Below are positions 17,217 through 25,719 of a stretch of 25,719 nucleotides of DNA, piece after piece. The number at the start of each line of letters is the position of its first letter. The stretch's first letter is position 1. A program made the translations under genes and the position numbers. This DNA comes from Polyangiales bacterium (lineage in GTDB: Bacteria > Myxococcota_A > Polyangia > Polyangiales > Houyiibacteriaceae): assembly GCA_045106895.1 (NCBI GenBank), contig JBGCFM010000071.1:1-25719 (forward strand), written 5' to 3'. The notes beneath the pieces are model-generated. The model was not told the DNA's origin, did no database searches, and was given only the letters and a program-made list of their open reading frames with translations.

Positions 17217-20200
17217 AGGGTGTGGCAGCAGCGGAAGCCGGTGTTCACGAAGGCGAAAGCCTCATCACCAACGGTGAAGTCGAACTGGCAGGTTCGGCCA
17301 TCTTCCACGTTGTTGTAAGAGCCGCCACGGATCGCATGGATGTTTGAGCTTCCACGCTCCGAAGATGTCCACTCCTTCACGTTGCCGCTCAGATCGTAGA
17401 TTCGCTCTGCCGAGCTCGCGCCGTAGCGCGTGTAGCAGGCTGGGAAGTCCCCGGTGGACGTGATCGCCACGCTCATCATCGCAAGTCCGGACTCAAGGCC
17501 ATTGCAGCGCTGCGAGGAGGATGTTGTGCAGGACGTCGAGTAGGACCAATCGCAGGTGCTTGGACCCTCGCAGGCATCTTCCCAGGCTTCCTCGTCGCAA
17601 AGACCCCAACCCGCGCCATGCGCTTCGCAGGCGTCACGAGCCTCGGCCCAAGTGACGTTGACCCAAGGCTGGACGCCTGCGCGCGAGCAGGCAAACTCGT
17701 TGCTCGAGCCGGTCTCCGTGAGCGTCGCATCCGGCCGGGACGCCTCGTACTGCATCATCTCAACACCGCCGCCGATGTTCACCATGGGGATGGTGGACGT
17801 GATCGATTCGTCCGTGTCCCCGTCGCAGTCGTCGTCGATGCTGTTGCAGATTTCCGCAGAAGCGACGCCGGCCGCAGCAGCATTGCAGCGAACGCCTGCC
17901 AGGCCGTCACATACGACCTGACCGAAGCGCTGACACCCGCCGACGCCGTTGGAGCAGAGGTCCCCAAGGGTGGCGTAGTTCTCGTCGACGCCGCCGTCAC
18001 AGTCGTTGTCCGCGCCGTCACAGCGTGTCTCTGTTTCTTCGTAGCCAGCCGGGTAGTTGCACTCCCAACCCGCAGCGCCGCCACACGTAGCTGCGGTTCC
18101 GGCGCAGAGGCCATTCGGGTTACAGAAGTTGGCGGGTGGCGTGAGCGGCTCATCGATGAGGCCATCACAGTCGTCGTCGAGGCCGTTGCAGATCTCGTTG
18201 CCCGTGAAGTTGCAGGCGTACTCACAGCCGTTGGCTGGGTTTCCGTCGCGGTCGACAAAGCCAGTGTCACAACCCGCCAAGACACATGCGCCCGCGGTGC
18301 ACGTGGGGAAACCGTTCGTGAAGGAGCAAACTCGTCCGCAAGAGCCACAGTTGTTCAGGTCGGTCTGGAGCGAGAAAGTCTCGTCCGTGTCGCCATCACA
18401 GTCGTTGTCCAGACTATCGCAGGACTCGATGGTGCCGCCGGTTGCGCCGACGCACGTGAGGGTGCCGCCGGAACAGCTGAGCGAGCCTGCCATGCAAACG
18501 CCGCGCGTCTCGCCGCAGGAGGCGCCGCCACCCGGGTTGCCGTTGTCGATGTCTCCATCGCAGTCGTTGTCGAGGCCATCACAGGTCTCCGCCACAGGTC
18601 CGACGTCGCCCTCGCAAGCCAGCGCTCCGTCGGTGCAGACCTCGCGACCAAGCTGGCAGGCGCCGATGCTCTCGCCGCAGAGACGACCGCCGTCAGGGTT
18701 GTTCTCATCCGTAGTCCCGTCGCAGTCGTCGTCGACGCCGTTGCAGGTTTCCGTCGCCTCGCGGATGCCGCCCACGCAGACGACTGCGCCACCGACGCAC
18801 TGGTCAACGCCCTGTACACAAGCGCCGTCGGATGCGCCACACGCTGCGCCGCCGCCTGGGTCACCTTCGTCGACGGTTCCGTCGCAGTCATCGTCGCGAC
18901 CGTTGCAGATCTCGACGGACGGGTCCGCGGGGGTGCACGAGTACTCGCAGCCATCGTCGGGCACGCCGTTAACGTCGAAGAAGTTGGGTTCGCAGCCGCC
19001 GGCCTCGAAGGTGCACTCGCCCGCGGTACACGAAGGGGAGGTCACGTGAGCGAAGCGGCAGACACGAGCACAGCTTCCGCAGTTGACCGGGTCTTCAGGG
19101 AAGTTGATGTCCTCATCGACCTCGCCATCGCAGTCGTTGTCGCGGAGGTCGCAGAGCGTGTCGTCTTCGCCGGTGGGCAAACAAGTGTACTCGCAGCCAT
19201 CGGCGGGGTCCATGTTGAGGTCCCGCGCGTTGACATCACACTCCGAGATGAAGCACTCGCCGCCGCGGCACTCGCCAAAAGCGCCGGGTGGGGCACACAG
19301 AATGCCGCAGCCACCGCAGTTGTTGATGTCCGTCATCTCGTCGATCTCTTCGTCGATGTTGCCATCACAGTCGTCGTCGATCTCGTTGCAGAGCTCCGCG
19401 CCCAAGCAGGCGTCTCCGCCGGTGTCAGGACCGCCATCGAAGACATCTGGAGTTCCAGCGTCGATGAGAGGGACGTCGAGGCCGACGTCAACGGAGGTGT
19501 CGGGCAAGGGACCGACGTCCGCGACGGAGCCATCTTCACAATCCAAACAGAAGGGGTCGACATCGCAGCCGCCGCTCAGAAGAAGGGCGAGGCCAGCAGC
19601 CACTCCGCTTCCAATCTTGGCCGTGCGAACGGCCTGGGTTCGCACGGCTTCAGTAAAAGACCGGCGAGACCGACGCCATCCCATGAAGCCCAAGAAGAGC
19701 AGGATCAACGTCGCGGGAGCGACTGGGCTTCGCGTGCTCGTGGCGCCGGCCGCATCACACGCACATCCGCCACCACCGCTGGCCAGAACCTGAGTTCCGC
19801 CGGTGCCGGCATCTTCGGTGCCCGCATCCACGCCAACTCCGCCGTCGGGGTTGACGACGGCCGGGTCGACGCACTCGCCCATGCTGCAGACGAGTTCGTC
19901 TGGGCAGGTGAGTCCTTCACAGGGATCGCCTTCGCAGTCGCCGGTGATGGGGTCACAGACGAGGCCAAGAGGACAACGAATGCTGACGCACATGTCGTCG
20001 ACGCAGTCGCCGCTGGCCGGGTCACACGCCTCGCCGGAGGAGCAGGTCACGTCATCACAGAGGTCTGTGACGCATTCACCAGCGCGGCATTCCTGACCAC
20101 CCGGGCACTCCACGCCGACGCAGGTGCCTTCGCACATGCCGTCGCGGCAGGCTTCGCCTTCGGCGCACATCACCGTCGCACATGGGTCCGCTTCGCAAGC

Positions 20201-23161
20201 GCCGGTGGCGATATCGCAAAGCTCACCCTCGTCACAGCCGAGACCACGACAGCTGTCTTCCACACAGCGGCCTGAGTCCGGACGGCAAACCGTACCGCCC
20301 TCGCAGATCACGCCGTCGCACGGGAAGGTGCACGCGTTGTTCTTGCAGGTACATGTCGCTGGGTCAGCTCCCGGCGCGCAGAGCGTGTCTCCGTCGCGTT
20401 CGACAGTCTCCATCCCACAGGCGTCTTCCTCACAGCGCGGGGTCACGCAGAAGCAAGTGTCGGTGCCCGCGCCGTCCGGCAAGAACGCCGTTCGTCCGGG
20501 AGGACACGTGAAGCCAAATTCGGAAACGCGGCAAGGGGACGAGCAGGCGCATTCCACGCAAGCAGAATCGCCTGGGCAGAGGCCTTCGCCGGTCTCTTCG
20601 TCGACGCTGCCGTCGCAGTCGTTGTCGCTGCAGTCACAGGTCTCGACGCCCGCTGGGACCTCGCCGACGCAGAGCTCGTCGCCTTCGATGCACTGAAGGG
20701 CGCCCGGCATGCAGATGCCTTCGTCGCTGCCGCAAGCGCCGCCTAGGGGAAGCGCCTCGTCGATGGTTCCATCACAGTCGTCATCGAGGTTGTTGCAGAC
20801 CTCTTCGCGCGTCATCGTCGCGCCGTCGCAAACCAACATGCCGTCTCGGCAGATGTTCACACCTGGCGAACACTCACCTGCGTCGGTGCCACATGGGGCG
20901 CCCACACCGATGCCCTCGTCTTCAACGCCGTTGCAGTTGTTGTCGAGGCCATCGCAGATTTCTGGAGTTGGGCCCACGGCGCCTTCGCAAACGAGCATAC
21001 CGCCGGTACATGCCGTGACACCGGGCTCGCATTCGCCGGTTCCGTCACCGCAGGCTTCGCCGCCTTCGGGGTCACCCTCGTCCGTTGAGGCATCGCAGTC
21101 GTTGTCACGACCATCGCAGATCTCGTCCGTGGGACCCGTTTCGCCGCGACAGACCAATGCGCCCATCTCGCAGACGAAAGCGCCAAAGTCGCACTCGCCG
21201 GTGTTTGAGGCACCGCAGCTGCCTCCGCCACCGGGGTTGCCTTCATCGAAGAGACCATCACAGTCATCGTCAAGGCCGTTGCAGAGCTCAGGGCTACCGC
21301 CGGTTCCGCCATCGCAGATCAAGCTGCCTGCTACGCATCGCGTGGTGCCTTCGGTGCACACGCCGACGGCCGTTCCGCAGGCTGCGCCACCACCGGGGTT
21401 GCCTTCATCGGTGCTGCTGTTGCAGTTATTGTCGATGTTGTCGCAGATCTCTGGGCTCGGATCGATACCGCCAACACACGCTCCGAAGGTTCCGTCCACG
21501 CAAACCCGAGTGCCTGGTCGGCAAGCGCCAACGGAAGAGCCACACGCTTCGGTGTTGCCGTCGATGGTGCCGTCACAGTCGTTGTCGAGGCCATCACAGG
21601 TTTCGGCTTCGGGCGTCGTACCCGAACACGCGCCAAAGATGCCCGCTGTGCAAATCTGCGTGCCGATGGTGCAGATGCCGACGCTGTTGCCACATGCACG
21701 GGAGACCCCTTCGTCGATGCGCGTGTCGCAGTCGTTGTCGATGTTGTCGCAAATCTCGCCCGAAGGAACACAGCCCGCGCAGACGCCGCCTTCGTCGATG
21801 ACGCCGTTGCAGTTGTTGTCCACGCCATCACAGACCTCGTCGGGAACAGGCCCGCAGCCGCCGCAGTCGTTCGCGTAGCCTTCGTCGATGGTGCCGTCGC
21901 AGTCGGAGTCCACGCCATCACAGGTGTCTTCAGGCTCTGAGCAGAGGTCGAGGACCGCTGGCGCGGATGGGTCGGAGCACCATTTGGTAAATCCTTCATC
22001 CACGATTCCGTCGCAGTCATTGTCTCCTTCGCCGCAGTATTCGATGAGCAGGGAGTCCGCGATAATCGCGGCGAGACCCGCGGAGAGCGTGTCGGGGTCA
22101 TTGGCGAAGAACGCCTCCGTGGTGCCGCCTGCCGCGGCAATTCCGTTCAGCTGGGCTTCGCTCGCAGCGGAAACCGCGAGACCGATGACGTATACGTCGA
22201 TGCCAGCGTCCTCAAGCGCGGCGGCGGCGGCGTTTGGGTCGTTGGGGCTACAACCAGCGCTCTGGTTTCCGTCGGTGATCAGAATGACCGAGTAAGGACG
22301 GCACCCGCCCGCCGCGTCGGATGGGATCGTTGTGGTTGTGAGGCGAGAGCCGATCTGGTTCATCAGGCCCGCGAGAGGGGTGCCGCCTGAGGCTCGAAGC
22401 TCGCAGTCGCCGCCGCCCAAGTGGTTGCAGAAGTTACCCGTCGTGGTGCTGGCGTTAAAGTTTGTTTCTTGGTTGTCGATCCAACGCAGCATCGCGCCCG
22501 TGTTGTCGAGACCCGAGAAGGCCCCGGTGTCGGAGAAGTCGACGAGGAAGTCTCCGGTGCGGCTACCGATCGAGCAGGCGCCGCCGTAGTTGATGCACAC
22601 CGATGGGCTGCCGCCTCCGAACGTCTCGTACGCGGGGCGACCTCCGGTGCCAGGCCGACACGCTGCGGGAACCGCGGAGGCCCAGTCGAAGTTGCAGTTT
22701 GCGCCGGTAACTGTGGCGCCCGAGTTACACTGGGGGTTACCAAACGACGAGACGAATGCCCCACCTGGGTTGCACTCAAGGTCGTTGATGTTGGCGCAGT
22801 TCGAGTTGAGCGCCGGCGTCTGGGGAAAACGTGCGAGGGAGAACTCTACGTCTCCGTACGCCAGAATCATGTTCCGAAGAGCTTGCTTCGCGACGGCGAT
22901 ACGGCTGTCGTTCGGTAGGCCATCGCAGTTCGTGTCCACGCCGGCGGTGCAGTTCGATCCGCAAAACTCGCCCGTGCCGTTCTGGGTGCACCCGGTCAAC
23001 ACACCATCCCCGAAAGTGAGGATGTCGTTGAGATCGATCGCCATCGATCCCGACGTATCGAACGCGATGACAATGCGGGGTTTGATCTGAGCCGAAGCGC
23101 TTTGGCTGGCTGCGAGAACGAAAACGGCGCTTAGAGCACCAAGTAAGCAATGTCGAGTCAC
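17213..23161 (-). CDS. Giant Cys-rich surface protein: signal peptide, vWA domain, MopE-related metal-binding repeats, internal MYXO-CTERM-like segment, internal lipoprotein signal, further repeats, C-terminal FGE-sulfatase/SUMF1-type domain
   Basis: 1982-aa open frame. Signal peptide ends ASA-Q; vWA motifs FDTSGSM, GGTPL and VILITDG; 20 copies of (E)xC(D/N)xxD(N/D)(D/N)C(D/N)xxxD(E) by my count (11 + 9); C-terminal PWVNVTWAEARDAC, YDLSGNVKEW, RGGSY, GFRCC. Confidence 0.92.
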   Translation of the reverse strand: MTRHCLLGALSAVFVLAASQSASAQIKPRIVIAFDTSGSMAIDLNDILTFGDGVLTGCTQNGTGEFCGSNCTAGVDTNCDGLPNDSRIAVAKQALRNMILAYGDVEFSLARFPQTPALNSNCANINDLECNPGGAFVSSFGNPQCNSGATVTGANCNFDWASAVPAACRPGTGGRPAYETFGGGSPSVCINYGGACSIGSRTGDFLVDFSDTGAFSGLDNTGAMLRWIDNQETNFNASTTTGNFCNHLGGGDCELRASGGTPLAGLMNQIGSRLTTTTIPSDAAGGCRPYSVILITDGNQSAGCSPNDPNAAAAALEDAGIDVYVIGLAVSAASEAQLNGIAAAGGTTEAFFANDPDTLSAGLAAIIADSLLIEYCGEGDNDCDGIVDEGFTKWCSDPSAPAVLDLCSEPEDTCDGVDSDCDGTIDEGYANDCGGCGPVPDEVCDGVDNNCNGVIDEGGVCAGCVPSGEICDNIDNDCDTRIDEGVSRACGNSVGICTIGTQICTAGIFGACSGTTPEAETCDGLDNDCDGTIDGNTEACGSSVGACRPGTRVCVDGTFGACVGGIDPSPEICDNIDNNCNSSTDEGNPGGGAACGTAVGVCTEGTTRCVAGSLICDGGTGGSPELCNGLDDDCDGLFDEGNPGGGGSCGASNTGECDFGAFVCEMGALVCRGETGPTDEICDGRDNDCDASTDEGDPEGGEACGDGTGECEPGVTACTGGMLVCEGAVGPTPEICDGLDNNCNGVEDEGIGVGAPCGTDAGECSPGVNICRDGMLVCDGATMTREEVCNNLDDDCDGTIDEALPLGGACGSDEGICMPGALQCIEGDELCVGEVPAGVETCDCSDNDCDGSVDEETGEGLCPGDSACVECACSSPCRVSEFGFTCPPGRTAFLPDGAGTDTCFCVTPRCEEDACGMETVERDGDTLCAPGADPATCTCKNNACTFPCDGVICEGGTVCRPDSGRCVEDSCRGLGCDEGELCDIATGACEADPCATVMCAEGEACRDGMCEGTCVGVECPGGQECRAGECVTDLCDDVTCSSGEACDPASGDCVDDMCVSIRCPLGLVCDPITGDCEGDPCEGLTCPDELVCSMGECVDPAVVNPDGGVGVDAGTEDAGTGGTQVLASGGGGCACDAAGATSTRSPVAPATLILLFLGFMGWRRSRRSFTEAVRTQAVRTAKIGSGVAAGLALLLSGGCDVDPFCLDCEDGSVADVGPLPDTSVDVGLDVPLIDAGTPDVFDGGPDTGGDACLGAELCNEIDDDCDGNIDEEIDEMTDINNCGGCGILCAPPGAFGECRGGECFISECDVNARDLNMDPADGCEYTCLPTGEDDTLCDLRDNDCDGEVDEDINFPEDPVNCGSCARVCRFAHVTSPSCTAGECTFEAGGCEPNFFDVNGVPDDGCEYSCTPADPSVEICNGRDDDCDGTVDEGDPGGGAACGASDGACVQGVDQCVGGAVVCVGGIREATETCNGVDDDCDGTTDENNPDGGRLCGESIGACQLGREVCTDGALACEGDVGPVAETCDGLDNDCDGDIDNGNPGGGASCGETRGVCMAGSLSCSGGTLTCVGATGGTIESCDSLDNDCDGDTDETFSLQTDLNNCGSCGRVCSFTNGFPTCTAGACVLAGCDTGFVDRDGNPANGCEYACNFTGNEICNGLDDDCDGLIDEPLTPPANFCNPNGLCAGTAATCGGAAGWECNYPAGYEETETRCDGADNDCDGGVDENYATLGDLCSNGVGGCQRFGQVVCDGLAGVRCNAAAAGVASAEICNSIDDDCDGDTDESITSTIPMVNIGGGVEMMQYEASRPDATLTETGSSNEFACSRAGVQPWVNVTWAEARDACEAHGAGWGLCDEEAWEDACEGPSTCDWSYSTSCTTSSSQRCNGLESGLAMMSVAITSTGDFPACYTRYGASSAERIYDLSGNVKEWTSSERGSSNIHAIRGGSYNNVEDGRTCQFDFTVGDEAFAFVNTGFRCCHTL
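19565..19645 (-). other. Internal lipoprotein (SPII)-like signal sequence ending at Cys1199
   Basis: VRTQAVRTAK basic n-region, IGSGVAAGLALLL h-region, LSGG-C lipobox-like motif. The segment begins at an in-frame GTG at 19645. Confidence 0.7.
19620..19648 (-). other. Perfect 11-bp inverted repeat (mRNA hairpin) at the junction of the two halves
   Basis: GCCGTGCGAAC-CCAGGCC-GTTCGCACGGC on the minus strand. Confidence 0.8.
19661..19777 (-). other. Internal MYXO-CTERM-like sorting signal (aa ~1129-1167)
   Basis: GGGGCAC motif, short spacer, hydrophobic LILLFLGFMGW, basic RRSRR: the tripartite structure of MYXO-CTERM. Confidence 0.8.
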
Positions 23162-23167
23162 GTCGAC

Positions 23168-23196
23168 AGAATCACAAACCTGGGACCCAAAATCAA
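23168..23196 (-). promoter_or_regulatory. Putative sigma70-type promoter of the giant surface-protein gene
   Basis: TTGATT-17 bp-GATTCT, 6 nt before the GTG start, in a relatively AT-rich divergent intergenic region. Confidence 0.45.
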
Positions 23197-23307
23197 TGTA
23201 AGTGGATAGATCCGGCCCTGGTGTGCTCGAATGATCAGCAGATCCGAGCCAAGCAAATGGATTCTCCTTTGGTCATATTTTGCCAAGGTCGCTGAAGATC
23301 GGCGACC

Positions 23308-25719
<2,412 letters not shown>

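Noticed and set aside
17213..17400. Diversity-generating retroelement target (FGE-type CLec domain ending GFRCC)
   Set aside because: No reverse transcriptase and no second near-identical copy (template repeat) of this 3' end is visible in the window. A remote DGR cannot be excluded but has no support here.
17618..20275. 885-aa plus-strand ORF and other long antisense ORFs (4237-5337, 6253-7257, 9831-11108, 23335-25077)
   Set aside because: Each lies opposite a well-supported gene and has no recognisable motifs. These are typical shadow ORFs of high-GC codon bias.

Overview
GC-rich bacterial chromosomal window with a myxobacterial (Myxococcota, probably Polyangiales/Sandaracinaceae-like) gene repertoire. 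No rRNA, tRNA, CRISPR array or mobile element was seen. Left to right: end of a Cys-rich repeat protein; a minus-strand run (Ser/Thr kinase, greB, yheU, NAD-dependent epimerase); a divergent plus-strand run (zinc-ribbon Ser/Thr kinase, class III nucleotidyl cyclase, SH3-like membrane protein, queE); three small minus-strand genes; an intergenic repeat/hairpin cluster; an M17 leucyl aminopeptidase; a ~12 kb minus-strand block (1982-aa Cys-rich surface protein, STAS/SEC14-like protein, gltX, CPBP intramembrane protease, two tandem Gly-rich lipoproteins); and a 3'-truncated receiver/DUF4388-like membrane protein, absent from the ORF track, that carries a (GACGCA)n microsatellite. The main observation is the 1982-aa ORF. 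It reads as two complete surface proteins joined in frame: signal peptide-vWA-Cys repeats-MYXO-CTERM-like anchor, followed directly by a lipoprotein signal peptide-Cys repeats-FGE/C-type-lectin-fold domain. The junction has a UUUU run, a -1-frame stop, a perfect 11-bp hairpin and an in-frame GTG. This suggests a processed polyprotein and/or a recoding switch, but a single-base assembly error cannot be excluded from sequence alone.
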